Assembly (NCBI GenBank): GCA_963706575.1
Contig: CAVPNL010000003.1
Coordinates: forward strand, 96,001-160,000
Reading direction: 5' to 3'
Length of the DNA stretch: 64,000 nt
Origin: an uncultured delta proteobacterium
GTDB taxonomy: Bacteria > Desulfobacterota > Desulfobacteria > Desulfobacterales > JAHEIW01
The position numbers and the translations under genes are program-made. Numbering within the stretch: the stretch's first letter is position 1; the number at the start of each line of letters is the position of its first letter. Shown piece after piece: positions 49,162 to 59,816 of the stretch. Under the pieces are notes generated by a model. The model was not told the DNA's origin and did not search any database. It worked only from the letters and a program-made list of their open reading frames with translations.

Positions 49162-50553
49162 TTATCCCTTTTTGACCAGTCTGGCGACCGACTCGATGTG
49201 ATAGGTATGCGGAAACAGGTCGACCGGCTGGACTTCTTCTACCCGATACGCTTCTTTAAGCAAAATGAGATCACGGGCCAGGGTGGTGGGATTGCAGGAT
49301 ACGTATACGATTCGTTCGGGCAACAGCGCCAGCACCTGTTTGGCCACATCCGGGTGCATCCCGGCTCTGGGCGGGTCGATAATAAGAACTTCCGGCCGCC
49401 GGGAGATCGCCGGCAACGTTTCACGGATATCGCCCGGGATAAACCGGCAATTTTCAACCTGATTATGACGGCAGTTGTTTTCGGCGTCGGCAATAGCGCT
49501 GGGGGCTATCTCAAGACCGATAACTTCTCTAGCAGCACCGGAAAGCAGAATCGGTATGGTGCCCGTACCCGAATACAAATCCAGAACCGTTTCAGAGCCG
49601 TTCAATTCAGCATATTGTTTAACCGTATCATACAATTTAGCGGCACCCGGAGTGTTGGTTTGAAAAAAGGAGTTGGCCGATATTTTAAACTCAAAAGAAC
49701 CAATTTGGTCAATAATAGTTGAATCGCCGACAAGGGTAATCTCGGATTCACCGGTGGTCACGCCGGCTTTGCGCGCAGTGATGTTATTTATTACCGCGAT
49801 GACATCCGGGTAGGTTTTCACTAATCGGTTTGCAAGGGAGTGCAGAACTTGCCGATTTTCCGCTGCGGTTACGATATTTACCATCCAGCGGTCAAGAGCC
49901 ACCGAATGCCGCAGCATTAAAAACCGCCAGAATCCTTCATGGCTGTGCAGGCCGTAAGGCGACAATCCGGACGATATGATAAATTGGCGCACATCATCGA
50001 GCAGCTGATTGCCCAAACCGGGCTGCAGCAGGCATCTTTTGGTATCAAATACCTTAAAAAACGTTCCCGGCACATGCAGGCCGATGGCAAAGCCTTTATC
50101 AATTTCAGACAATTGCATCTCATCAGGCGTCAGCCACCGACGGTCGGTGCAGGAGAATTCCATTTTGTTGCGATAGCCGAATATCTGCGGTGAAGGTATG
50201 GTGGCATGAACCCGGGCATCCCTGATTTGTCCAATATGCTCAAGGGACTCTTGAACATGCTGACGTTTGTATTTTAATTGCACCGCATATTCCAAAAATT
50301 GCCACTTGCAGCCGCCGCAAAAACCACTGTATATACAGGGTGGATGAACCCGGTCAGGTGAGCCTATTAGCAATTCCATGACCCGCGCTTCCGCATAGTT
50401 CTTTTTCTTGCGAGTGATGCGAATCAACACGCGATCACCGGGTACGGCCTGGTCCACAAAGACAGCCAGTCCGTCGATGCGAACGAGGCCTTTTCCGCCA
50501 AAGGCAATGTCGCTGATTTCAACTTCGATTGATTGGCCTTTTTTCACTTTCAT
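49162..50553 (-). CDS. rlmD: 23S rRNA m5U1939 methyltransferase
   Basis: TRAM domain; C...CGGC.WQ, SFFQTN, LDLYSGTG, DPPRAG, YVSCNP and DLFPHTYHIE motifs. Confidence 0.93.
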   Translation of the reverse strand: MKVKKGQSIEVEISDIAFGGKGLVRIDGLAVFVDQAVPGDRVLIRITRKKKNYAEARVMELLIGSPDRVHPPCIYSGFCGGCKWQFLEYAVQLKYKRQHVQESLEHIGQIRDARVHATIPSPQIFGYRNKMEFSCTDRRWLTPDEMQLSEIDKGFAIGLHVPGTFFKVFDTKRCLLQPGLGNQLLDDVRQFIISSGLSPYGLHSHEGFWRFLMLRHSVALDRWMVNIVTAAENRQVLHSLANRLVKTYPDVIAVINNITARKAGVTTGESEITLVGDSTIIDQIGSFEFKISANSFFQTNTPGAAKLYDTVKQYAELNGSETVLDLYSGTGTIPILLSGAAREVIGLEIAPSAIADAENNCRHNQVENCRFIPGDIRETLPAISRRPEVLIIDPPRAGMHPDVAKQVLALLPERIVYVSCNPTTLARDLILLKEAYRVEEVQPVDLFPHTYHIESVARLVKKG

Positions 50554-50698
50554 CGCTGTTGGCTCTTTGATGAAAAAGTCAATTTTGCAGTGTTATATAT
50601 TAAAGTGTTTGTTTAGCTTTAAATTATTAATATACTGATAATATAATATATCAATAAAATATAAAAAATAATATCCGGCAGCTTAAAACCTACACTAA

Positions 50699-51442
50699 AT
50701 GGGCATCATGGTCAATTCAAAGAAAGAATCCATTATAGAAGAGATAATATTCGAAGCGGATGAGTTCAGGTTAAAAGGCTTTCTCCATCTACCACCGGTG
50801 ACCACCCCCCCGTTCGTCATTGGATGCCACGGGCTATTCAGTGATAAAAATTCGCCCAAGCAGATTGAACTCGCAAAGCACTGCAACAGGCTCAACATAG
50901 CCTATTTTCGCTTTGATCACAGGGGCTGCGGCGAAAGCAAAGCACCTTTCGAGGCCGTCACATCGCTGAATGCACGTTGCATTGACTTAAAAGCCGCAGC
51001 AAATATGCTCAGGGCCAGAGATGATCTGGGCGATCAAATGGGGCTTTTCGGCAGCAGTATGGGCGGTTCTGTCTGCCTGGCGGCCGCCGGTGATCATGCC
51101 GCCCGGACTGTTGTCACCTGGGCAGCTCCGATCTGCAGCGCCGATCTCGTTCCGCAACATGCTTACCCTTCCGGAAGTTCAGATATCCCTTTTGAAAACA
51201 CCCCCTTTGATATTCGCACCCTGCTTGCGGGCCTGCGCAACATACTCATTTTCCACAGCGATTCCGACGAAATCGTTCCCCTGGCCCATGCCGAAGAAAT
51301 ATATGAACGCGTCAGCGAGCCCAAAAAACTGGTCGTATTTTCACTCAGTGACCACCGCATGAGCCAGCCAGCTGACCAGCAGACGTTTCTGCAGGAGGCA
51401 AGCCTTTGGTTTCAGACCCGTCTAAAGCCTGACAATAAATAA
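50699..51442 (+). CDS. Alpha/beta hydrolase
   Basis: CHGL, RFDHRGCGES, GSSMGG nucleophile elbow, D..VP and DH. Confidence 0.88.
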   Translation: MGIMVNSKKESIIEEIIFEADEFRLKGFLHLPPVTTPPFVIGCHGLFSDKNSPKQIELAKHCNRLNIAYFRFDHRGCGESKAPFEAVTSLNARCIDLKAAANMLRARDDLGDQMGLFGSSMGGSVCLAAAGDHAARTVVTWAAPICSADLVPQHAYPSGSSDIPFENTPFDIRTLLAGLRNILIFHSDSDEIVPLAHAEEIYERVSEPKKLVVFSLSDHRMSQPADQQTFLQEASLWFQTRLKPDNK

Positions 51443-51455
51443 AGTATTACTTTTA

Positions 51456-52677
51456 TTATAGACTATAAGTATCTATTTTTATTTCATTTCCTTCATAATA
51501 AATAATTTTTATCTGATTTAAACTTTCAGGCAATTGAGATGGAGCGCCCTTTACGGCAATAAATGTGGCTGGCATATTTTCCTTGAGTTGTCCGAGCCGT
51601 GGTAAATTCATGAGCAAGGCACCATTATGTGTTGCACACCGCACAGCCTTCTCAATTGGATACCCGGCGTCCAAAAATATCCGCATCTCTTCGATAACTG
51701 CCTGCCCATGCACGACTCCGGCACTGCCGGCATCGGTGCCCAGGGCAATACGAACCCCTATTTGACGCGCCATTTGAATCTGTTTGATTTGGTGTTCCAG
51801 GTTTTTCTGCACCACATCTAAATCGACCCTATTGCGCCCCATCTGGTCACCAAGCGCCTTCATCGTGAAGGCGGTCGGCACCCAGGTTACCCCCCTGTCC
51901 ACCATCCGGTACAAATTTTCCTCTCCCATGAAAAAGCCGTGTTCAATGGAATCACATCCTGCATCAACCGCAATTTTCACCGGTATTTTGCCGTTGGCGT
52001 GCACCATGGTTTTTAATCCGCGCTGCCTGGCCGCCCGTACCGCGGCTTTCAGCTCGGCTGAGTCGAACTGCGGCTCGGTTTCTTTAGCAAAACAGGTCAA
52101 ACTGTTAAGACCGGAATTGACAATTTTGATATGATCAACACCCTTTTTCTCCTCAAGAATGGTTTCTGCCAGGGACAGGTCCGCAGATAGCGCACAGCCG
52201 ATCAGATGACCGTAACGCCCCGGTCGATACCAGGCTTTGCCGCTCACGCACAAATGAACAGGATGATCTTCGGTACCCGGATTTGCCTTGTACAGCAAAA
52301 CACTGCTGCCGGGATCTCCACCATCGCGCACGGCCAGACACGCCCCTGGCAAGATACTGATTTAAATGCTTTAAAATCCGTCCGCGAAACCGGTTTTGCC
52401 CCTCGGCTCTGTTGACCGATGGGCTCCGGCGGGCGATCGGTGAGATGGCCAGGTGGACGTGGCAATCGACTAGCCCGGGTAAAAGGGTACAGCCGGAAAG
52501 ATCCAAAACCGGCATGTCCCGTTTTGTGGAATCCGGCATCGGCTCGGTTATTTTGCGGACCGATTGAATGACCCCGTTTTCCAGGCCGAGCCGCATTTGA
52601 GATTGAACCGCAGCGCCGCTACCGTCGATCAGCCACCCCGCATGAATGGACATAATTTCGTTGCGCATTTGGGCCAT
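51456..52677 (-). pseudogene. Metal-dependent amidohydrolase split by a +1 frameshift near 52338 (or sequence error)
   Basis: The 5' ORF has PGLVDCHVHL; the 3' ORF has VRDGG, HIKI, VHANG, SIEHG and GTDAG. Removing one T gives a continuous LARGVLAVRDGG. Confidence 0.82.
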
Positions 52678-52689
52678 CTGAACCTATAA

Positions 52690-52842
52690 GTTCTCGACTC
52701 TCTAATAGAAAAAGTAACCATCCTTTACTTTTCCGAAATCATTTCTTTAGCTCTGGGAATCGGAAAAAGCGAATACAAGGGATGGTTTTCGCGTCATCTG
52801 GTGGATCCCAAGCCGCTGCTAAAGGCACTGGATCTATTTTAA
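52690..52842 (+). pseudogene. Orphan C-terminal fragment resembling heterodisulfide reductase subunit B
   Basis: Reads ...KVTILYFSEIISLALGIGKSEYKGWFSRHLVDPKPLLKALDLF*, with an upstream stop and no start; recalled similarity to HdrB C-termini. Confidence 0.5.
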
Positions 52843-52906
52843 CATAGAGATTATACTCTTTTGGCCTGCTCAGAGATCGGTTGCATTGCCCCATTCAAAT
52901 ATTATG

Positions 52907-53055
52907 GGGTTCTGGAATAGTGGCATGTTGGAATACTGGGTTCGGCGGAATGGGATCTATTTTTATTTATCTGACCCGCAAGCAAAATTAAAACCAGGAC
53001 ATCATCCGCCTTTCATACCCAATATTCCATTTTTCCACCATTCCATTATTCCATT
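52907..53055. repeat. Hairpin element with TGGAATA 8-mer arms
   Basis: TGGAATAGTGGCATGTTGGAATACTGGG...CCCAATATTCCATTTTTCCACCATTCCATTATTCCA. Confidence 0.65.
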
Positions 53056-53093
53056 GAATATCTAACCACCCGTCTAAAGCCTGGCTTTATAGA

Positions 53094-53966
53094 TCAGAAA
53101 TCTTCACTTTGATTCAACCCTTGTTGAGGTGACGATCCAGAAAAGATTTTAGTTGCCGCTTCATACCCCGGCGTCCGGCTGGAATCACTGTGACCGGCCC
53201 CTTTGCCTACATAAAGCTCGACCTGCCCCGGCGCAAAGCTGCGCTTTAATTCCAGAGCAAACGAAAGCGGAAATCTTCGATCATTTTGCCCGTGAATCAG
53301 CATCACGGGTATCTTGATGTCCTCTGCCAAGCGTGCCGGACTGACCGTATCCAACCTGTTGCCATAGAACAAATTCAACCAGAATAGGATCATAGGGCCG
53401 AAGCAAATGCCAAAGAAAGGATTCACCCACCGGTACAGGCTCAACAGAGCTTCACGGGTATAGGCATAGCTGCCCTCCATAAATAAAATCCGGACTTTAC
53501 CCGGATTGCGGCTGGCGGCGATGATGGCACCGGCGGAGCCGATCGAATGTCCGTAAAGAATAACGGGCTGGCCCAGCCAATTTATGACGGCTTCGATGTC
53601 TTCGGCAAATTTAACCGCATTCATAAACCGTCGCCGGCTGGAGTCCCCGTGATCCCGCGCGCTATGCAAAACCGTTGTAAAGCCCCACTTGGCAAAAATC
53701 CGGGCTCTGGAAACCATGCGATCCCGATTGCGGCTCCATCCGTGCGCCAGGACAACCAGGCCTTTTGAGGGGCATTGCGGTTCAATTCGCCAGACCTCTA
53801 AACTTCCCCCGTCGATGGCGGGAATTATAGCATCGATAATCCGGCCCCAATTCGGAGGATCTGTGACCGGTTTCCGCGGCAACTGTTGAACGACGTAGGT
53901 AAAAATCAGGCTAAGAAGCAAATACAGGCCGATTAGGCACCCAATAAAATATAAAAATAATTGCAA
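53094..53966 (-). CDS. Membrane-anchored alpha/beta hydrolase
   Basis: N-terminal TM; LAHGW, RDHGDS, YGHSIG, HGQND and GAGHS motifs. Confidence 0.88.
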   Translation of the reverse strand: MQLFLYFIGCLIGLYLLLSLIFTYVVQQLPRKPVTDPPNWGRIIDAIIPAIDGGSLEVWRIEPQCPSKGLVVLAHGWSRNRDRMVSRARIFAKWGFTTVLHSARDHGDSSRRRFMNAVKFAEDIEAVINWLGQPVILYGHSIGSAGAIIAASRNPGKVRILFMEGSYAYTREALLSLYRWVNPFFGICFGPMILFWLNLFYGNRLDTVSPARLAEDIKIPVMLIHGQNDRRFPLSFALELKRSFAPGQVELYVGKGAGHSDSSRTPGYEAATKIFSGSSPQQGLNQSEDF

Positions 53967-54007
53967 GCCGGTACTCCAACTCAGGTTCGGAATTTGTCTA
54001 GTTTATG

Positions 54008-54193
54008 GTTTCAGGTGTCAGGTGTCGGCTATCAGAGGGCAGATGTCAGAAGACAGAATCAGAGGGTAATTTGTTGACTTCGAGTCGCCAGCCCTATTCT
54101 CTGTCTTCTGTCCTCTGACTTCTGTTTTCTGTTAGCTGACACCAGCCTTCGCGATCACAGCCGCTACTCACGGCAAAGACCTGACACCTAAAA
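54008..54193. repeat. Hairpin element with TCAGGTG/CAGAAGA 7-mer arms
   Basis: TTCAGGTGTCAGGTGTC...CAGAGGGCAGATGTCAGAAGACAGA...TCTGTCTTCTGTCCTCTGACTTCTG...CTGACACCT. Confidence 0.68.
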
Positions 54194-54268
54194 TAACGGG
54201 TGCTTTTAATTTGAAAAAATAGATTGATAAAAGCAATTCGCGTTCTAAAAAAAAACCGGGATATGACA

Positions 54269-55531
54269 CTAAAATTGTGGCGGATCAAGGCCCAGCAACT
54301 CGCGGCGCAGCACTTCCAGAGCGGCCATCGCAAACATCTGTTTATTCATCGTCCGGTTGCCAAACCAGAAATGAAATCGATGGCCGGCAGTGCCATGTGG
54401 CGTTGCCAACCCAATACAAACCGTTCCGACGGGTTTTTCCGGTGTGCCTCCCGTCGGCCCGGCAATGCCGCTGGTCGCCAACCCATATGTGGCACCGCAA
54501 ACCTTGCGGGCACCCCGGGCCATCTCCATGGCGGTTTTCTCATGCACGGCACCGTGCGCAATTATGGTTTCTTTTGATACATTTAAAATATCGATCTTGG
54601 CCTGATTCGAATAGGTAATGCCGGAATATACAAAATAATCTGAACTGCCGGATATATTGGTCAGCAGATTAGCAATCAGGCCTCCGGTACAGCTTTCGGC
54701 CAGTGCCAGGGTTGCCTGTTTTTTTCTAAGAAGATGCCCAATCGTTTTTTCCATGAGGTCACCCTGCTGCGAGAACACCTTATTGCCCATCTTTTCAATC
54801 ACCCATCCAACAGCCGCCGCCAAATGGTCATTCAATTTCTGATCATCGGTGTCATTGGCATAAAGTTTCACCTGGATTGCGGGAAATTTGGCCCGCAGCC
54901 CCAGAGAGATTTGTGGAAAGACTTCTTCCAGCGCGGCAATCCGCTCAAAGGTCTGGGATTCGGTCAATCCAAAAGTTGAAAGGGTTCTGCTGCGGTAAAA
55001 GCGGCGCTTATCGCCGATGAGCTCGATTATTTGCGGCAGGACGATATCCGATAACATGCGCCGCATCTCACCCGGTACGCCCGGAAGGAAGAAAAAAAAG
55101 CATCTGCCGATTTTCATGCGAAATCCAGGGGCGGTCCCAACCGGGTTTTGCAGGCATTGCGCCCCCGCCGGCAAAAACGCCTGTTTGCGGCTGGCAGGAT
55201 TCATCTCCCGCTGGCGGGCTTTAAAGAAATTTTCAACCGATTCAAGCGCGGATGGATTCAGATCAAGTGTTGCTCCGACCGCCCTGGCAGCGGCCTCTGA
55301 GGTAAGGTCATCAGACGTCGGCCCCAACCCGCCGGTAACCACTGCGATATCTGCGCGGCCGCCAATCTCTTTAAAGACAGAGATGAGAAGATCGAGATCA
55401 TCGCCCACACAGATGTGCCGGCTAACGGCAACTCCGTTTTCCTCCATTTTCTCGGCGATATAAGCCGAATTGCTGTCGATGAGCGCGCCGGTTCGAATCT
55501 CTTCGCCGGTTGCCATGATCTCTGCTATCAT
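54269..55531 (-). CDS. cinA: CinA family protein (MoCF-biosynthesis-like + PncC/NMN deamidase)
   Basis: TGEEI..G...DSNS, GGLGPTSDDLT, PGVPGEM, AESCTGG and GIAGPTGG motifs. Confidence 0.93.
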   Translation of the reverse strand: MIAEIMATGEEIRTGALIDSNSAYIAEKMEENGVAVSRHICVGDDLDLLISVFKEIGGRADIAVVTGGLGPTSDDLTSEAAARAVGATLDLNPSALESVENFFKARQREMNPASRKQAFLPAGAQCLQNPVGTAPGFRMKIGRCFFFFLPGVPGEMRRMLSDIVLPQIIELIGDKRRFYRSRTLSTFGLTESQTFERIAALEEVFPQISLGLRAKFPAIQVKLYANDTDDQKLNDHLAAAVGWVIEKMGNKVFSQQGDLMEKTIGHLLRKKQATLALAESCTGGLIANLLTNISGSSDYFVYSGITYSNQAKIDILNVSKETIIAHGAVHEKTAMEMARGARKVCGATYGLATSGIAGPTGGTPEKPVGTVCIGLATPHGTAGHRFHFWFGNRTMNKQMFAMAALEVLRRELLGLDPPQF

Positions 55532-55579
55532 TACAAACTTACCCCTACCCTATTTCAAGAAGGCACGATATTCATAAAA

Positions 55580-55752
55580 AATGAGCTAAAATTAAAAATG
55601 ATCTAAAATGCCTAAAATTATAGTTTCGCTCCGCTCCATCTTTTTTTATAAATAGGATCGTTCGACCCAGGGGCTCTCGACGGGTAGAATTCCTCAACTT
55701 TAGGCATTTTAGATCATTTTAGGCATTTTAGGCACTTCTAACTTTAGAGCAC
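55580..55752. repeat. Hairpin element with TGCCTAAAA/TTTTAGGCA tandem arms
   Basis: ATGAGCTAAAA...ATGATCTAAAATGCCTAAAATT...TTTAGGCATTTTAGATCATTTTAGGCATTTTAGGCAC. Confidence 0.75.
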
Positions 55753-55806
55753 CTTGCGAACTTTTTTTCTGCCTTTTAAGATAAACTGCCAATTTTGAAA
55801 TCGGTT

Positions 55807-56589
55807 CTAGTTCGGTGGCGTCAGCACAAACACTTCCGGCGGCGGGTCAACATTGACCCAGTAACGATCAATATTCAGCTGGCAATCGGCCCCGTCATGG
55901 GTCAGCAGCCTTAATTGTAACGGCACCTGAAACCCGTCTATCGATTGCACACTTTCAATTTCAGCGCGATATTTCAACGAGCCGGATCGATAAAATACAT
56001 CAACCCGGCGGACCTCTGATACGCTTTGGTCATAATATATTTTCTGCCGAACGCCCCACCATCTTTCTTTGAGAACCAGAACATAACCGGGGGTCTCCTT
56101 TTCTTGGATTAATGACGCCGAATCGAATTTGGGCAGCGGAATTTGACCGGCTAAAAGCGTAATCACATCGCTGGAAGCTATGGGAATTGAAATGAGTTTT
56201 TTTAAACTCGGATCACTTTCCTGAAATTTTCGGAATGTCGTATCCTGGCCATGAACCTCCAGATAGTAAAGCCATTTGCCGTCGGTCGCTAATTTGACTG
56301 CCGGGTAGCCGGAAATCAGCACCGCAATGCTGAGTTTAACCGGTTTTTCTCCGATCCATGCCACGCGTTGATCAAGCTTCAGACGGCCATTTTGTCTGAT
56401 CTGGATATTCCCGATTCCTTTGAAATTCTTCAGAGAATCATTTTTGGTGCTAAGAACCGAAAGCAGGTCACGAACCTTGTTGGCCTTCTCGGCAGGGGAA
56501 ATTTCCAACTCTCTGGTCGGCTTGAAAACAGCGCAGCCCGAAATAAAAAAAGCGGCGATTAGGGGAATAATGATCCGATACCATTTCAT
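55807..56589 (-). CDS. Lipoprotein, LolA/LolB-fold-like (DUF4292-like)
   Basis: Lipobox ISGC; beta-rich body; lies after a TPR lipoprotein. Confidence 0.6.
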   Translation of the reverse strand: MKWYRIIIPLIAAFFISGCAVFKPTRELEISPAEKANKVRDLLSVLSTKNDSLKNFKGIGNIQIRQNGRLKLDQRVAWIGEKPVKLSIAVLISGYPAVKLATDGKWLYYLEVHGQDTTFRKFQESDPSLKKLISIPIASSDVITLLAGQIPLPKFDSASLIQEKETPGYVLVLKERWWGVRQKIYYDQSVSEVRRVDVFYRSGSLKYRAEIESVQSIDGFQVPLQLRLLTHDGADCQLNIDRYWVNVDPPPEVFVLTPPN

Positions 56590-56594
56590 ACCGG

Positions 56595-58307
56595 TTAGGA
56601 ACCATCAGGGGAGATAGTGCGAATCTTTTTTTCAAGTTCTTCTTTATCTTTTTCTTTATTTTTTAATGACTTCTGGTAATATCTCAGCGCATTGGTTTTA
56701 TCATTTAATTTGAGATAGGCATCACCCAGATGCTCCAGCATAATGGGGTCATTCGGAACCATTTGTACTGCTTTTTGAAGATATTGCACGGCTTTTTCAA
56801 ACTCACCTTTTTTAAAATACACCCAACCCAGACTATCGGTAATATAGCCGTCGTCGGGTTTGTATTTTAGCGCCTCTTTGATCAGCTGTTCAGCCTCATC
56901 CAGATTCGTACCCAGGTCCGCATATGTATATCCGAGATAATTCAATGCGTTGGCATGCTTGGGGTCCAGCTTGATGACTTTGCGCATGGTCGCCATGGAA
57001 TCTTCTTTTCTGTTCCACTTGTCATAAACTACACCCAGTCGGAAATAATACCGCGGATTGTCCGCATCCAATTCAATTGCCGCCTGGAGGAATTCCTCGG
57101 CTTTATCAAATTGCTCCAAATCTTCATAGAAAGTACCCAGATAGTATTTGAATTCCGCGTTCTGGGGTTCATTTTCAATGGCTTTACGCAAAATTTTAAT
57201 CGCTTCTTCGTTTTGCTTGTCTTCAGATAAAATATAGGACGCGTGAATGACGGCATCTTCATAAAATCGAGATTCCGGAGTGACTTTCATGAAATGCTTC
57301 AATGCAGACGGATTATCTTTCTTCCCATAAAAGGCGATGCCGGCGACATGGTTTATTTCCGGGCTGTCGGGAACGGCTTTTAGCATCCCCTGCAGGACCA
57401 CAATACCTTCATCGTATTTTTTCGTGTCAAGGTAGAGTTGAATGGTTCTAACAATGACTTCAAACTCCACGATGCTGCGCTGCCCTAATTTTTTAAAAAT
57501 TTCTTCGGCCTGAGCCACTTTTCCATGGGAATAATAGTAATGGCCAAGCTCCATGGAAGCCCGTATGTCGTTCGGATTGCGCTTTAGGATATCCTTATAA
57601 ATTCTTAGCGTCTCTTTGGTGTTCTTTTTACCCTTATAAAGTTCGAGAAGCTCATATCGTGGTTCCAAAAGCTCGGGTTGAATTTCTAATGTTCGTTTGA
57701 ATTCTCTTTCTGCTTCTTTCAGTTTCCCCTGTTTGGCATAAACTTTCCCCAGGTAGAAGTGTCCGGCATAAGTGCCCGGAAAATTTTCAATCATTTGATT
57801 AAAAACACGTTCGGCCTGATCCAATTCCCCGGCTTCGATATATAATCCACCCAGAAGTCCGTATACTTTTTCCTGTTTCGGATCTTCAGCAATAACCTTC
57901 TCATAGGCATCTATGGCAGCCGGTGTATTTTTGTGCACCTGTTTGATACCCCCATATATAATGAGGGACCTGACATCGTTGGGGTGATCTTTGATGATCC
58001 CCTCAAGCACGCCGGTGGCGTTTTCATCGTCTTTGTTCTGCAGATACACTGTGGCCAGTTCACGCTTAAGATATAAGGAATCCGGATCCAGTTCGATGGC
58101 TTTTTTAAGCAGCTCGATGGACTTTACCAAATTGCCTTTCTTTCTCTGGACCTGGGCTTCGGTGAAGTAATAATACTGGTTTTCGGGTCGATCAATTTCG
58201 GGACGATCAAAAATGGACGGCGTTTTTTGGCTGGAGGAGGTCGCACACCCGCCGCTAAAAAAAACGACCACTAAAAATAGGGTCACCGCTACTCGTAATG
58301 CTGTCAT
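56595..58307 (-). CDS. TPR-repeat lipoprotein
   Basis: Lipobox-like SGGC; TPR array with ALNYLGYTYA and DSLGWVYFK motifs. Confidence 0.9.
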   Translation of the reverse strand: MTALRVAVTLFLVVVFFSGGCATSSSQKTPSIFDRPEIDRPENQYYYFTEAQVQRKKGNLVKSIELLKKAIELDPDSLYLKRELATVYLQNKDDENATGVLEGIIKDHPNDVRSLIIYGGIKQVHKNTPAAIDAYEKVIAEDPKQEKVYGLLGGLYIEAGELDQAERVFNQMIENFPGTYAGHFYLGKVYAKQGKLKEAEREFKRTLEIQPELLEPRYELLELYKGKKNTKETLRIYKDILKRNPNDIRASMELGHYYYSHGKVAQAEEIFKKLGQRSIVEFEVIVRTIQLYLDTKKYDEGIVVLQGMLKAVPDSPEINHVAGIAFYGKKDNPSALKHFMKVTPESRFYEDAVIHASYILSEDKQNEEAIKILRKAIENEPQNAEFKYYLGTFYEDLEQFDKAEEFLQAAIELDADNPRYYFRLGVVYDKWNRKEDSMATMRKVIKLDPKHANALNYLGYTYADLGTNLDEAEQLIKEALKYKPDDGYITDSLGWVYFKKGEFEKAVQYLQKAVQMVPNDPIMLEHLGDAYLKLNDKTNALRYYQKSLKNKEKDKEELEKKIRTISPDGS

Positions 58308-58350
58308 ACGACTCTATATCCTATCAAACGATTCCAAGTCAGGCAGCGCA

Positions 58351-59388
58351 TTAATCCGCTGTGCTGGATTCGGTGTAAGAAGCAAAATCAGGGATTTCCC
58401 GCTTAAAAAATTCCCTCATTTTCTTAATAATATTTTTTTCAACCTGTCGAACCCGCTCTCTGGATATTCCATAACGGTCGCCGATTTCCTGTAAAGTTAC
58501 CGGTGTGTCCGAAAAAATGCGCAGATCAAATATCTCAAGCTCCCGGGCCGTCATTTTTTTGCGGAACTCTGCAATTTTATTATGGAGCAGAAATTCGATT
58601 TCCTTTTTGGATACCTGGTCTTCAATGGATTCGGAGTTCGTGCTTAAAAATTCAATTCTTTCGGTGTCCGAATCTTCCTTCAGCGGCGCATCCAAAGAAA
58701 CATCCCATCCATCCAATCGCTGGTCCATATCAATGATTTCGCGTTCGGAAACACCCAGCCTTTCGGAAAGCAGTTTGGGCTTGGGATCAAAGCCATCATC
58801 GATCAGTTTCTGCTTTTCCTTCTTCAATTTAAAAAACAGTTTGCGCTGTCCCTGGGTGGTGCCGATCTTCACCAGGCGCCAGTTGTCCATGATAAATTTG
58901 AGGATGTACGCCTTTATCCAGAAAGAAGCATAATACGAAAACTTTACATTTTTGTAAGGATCAAATTTTTTAACAGCCTGCATCAACCCGATATTGCCCT
59001 CCTGAATCAGATCCAGCAAATTCTGCATCCACACCCGCTGGAATTCCAGGGCAATTTTTACCACCAGCCTTAAATTGGAGGTCACCAGTTTATAGGCTGC
59101 ATCCTTGTCGCCATGTTCTCGAACTCTGATACCCAACTCGCGTTCCTCTTCGCGGGTCAGCAATTTGTAGTTGCTGATTTCGCTCAGATACCGCTGCAGG
59201 GGGTCATATTTAACCAGTGCTTTAGCAGATAGCTTGCCTGCAGGCTTTTTTTTCGCGCGCACTTTAAGGTCTTTTTTGTCCGCTGTTGATTTAGGCGTCT
59301 TGACCCGTTTGACCGTCTTTTTGGCTTTCGCTTTTGCGGTGGTTTTCTTTTTAACGGTCTTTTTGCGCTTGGTCGGCTTTTTTTCCAT
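58351..59388 (-). CDS. rpoH: RNA polymerase sigma factor, RpoH/sigma32 type, with Lys-rich N-terminus
   Basis: NLRLVVKIA, DLIQEGNIGLM, RpoH-box-like TTQGQRKLFFKL and TLQEIG..YGISRERVRQ; ATG at 59388 (the track start overlaps tRNA-Arg). Confidence 0.85.
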   Translation of the reverse strand: MEKKPTKRKKTVKKKTTAKAKAKKTVKRVKTPKSTADKKDLKVRAKKKPAGKLSAKALVKYDPLQRYLSEISNYKLLTREEERELGIRVREHGDKDAAYKLVTSNLRLVVKIALEFQRVWMQNLLDLIQEGNIGLMQAVKKFDPYKNVKFSYYASFWIKAYILKFIMDNWRLVKIGTTQGQRKLFFKLKKEKQKLIDDGFDPKPKLLSERLGVSEREIIDMDQRLDGWDVSLDAPLKEDSDTERIEFLSTNSESIEDQVSKKEIEFLLHNKIAEFRKKMTARELEIFDLRIFSDTPVTLQEIGDRYGISRERVRQVEKNIIKKMREFFKREIPDFASYTESSTAD

Positions 59389-59510
59389 CAGAAATTGTCC
59401 AAATCTTGCAAATCCGCCAGGGTCGTCCCTTTGAATCAGGCAAAGATAATTCAAGCCTGCATTTCTATGGACATGTAGGCGAACATATGATATCGAAAAG
59501 TTTTCGATGT

Positions 59511-59587
<77 letters not shown>

Positions 59588-59593
59588 TTTTCC

Positions 59594-59626
59594 AAAGCTC
59601 CGGAGCAATTTGCTTGGGAGCTTTTT
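59594..59626 (+). terminator. Intrinsic terminator after tRNA-Arg
   Basis: AAAGCTCC-GGAGC-aattt-GCTTG-GGAGCTTT followed by TT. Confidence 0.6.
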
Positions 59627-59816
59627 AGGTTGGAGTCAACTGAAGCTAAATTAAGGTAGGCCTCTCGTTCTGCCTTTTGCGCGTTCGGCTTTCTCTTTAT
59701 TAGGCTTAGATGATATTAAATAACAGGACTTATTGGAAATCTCAAGTTTTTTCTTTGATACGCTTGGTAGAGAGCACTTCGAGATGAAGACGTTACAAAT
59801 CAGAGTGTCTTTAAAC

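Noticed and set aside
14966..55752. TTTTAGGCA repeats as a CRISPR array
   Set aside because: The units are 9-10 nt, degenerate and lack regular spacers; no cas genes are present.
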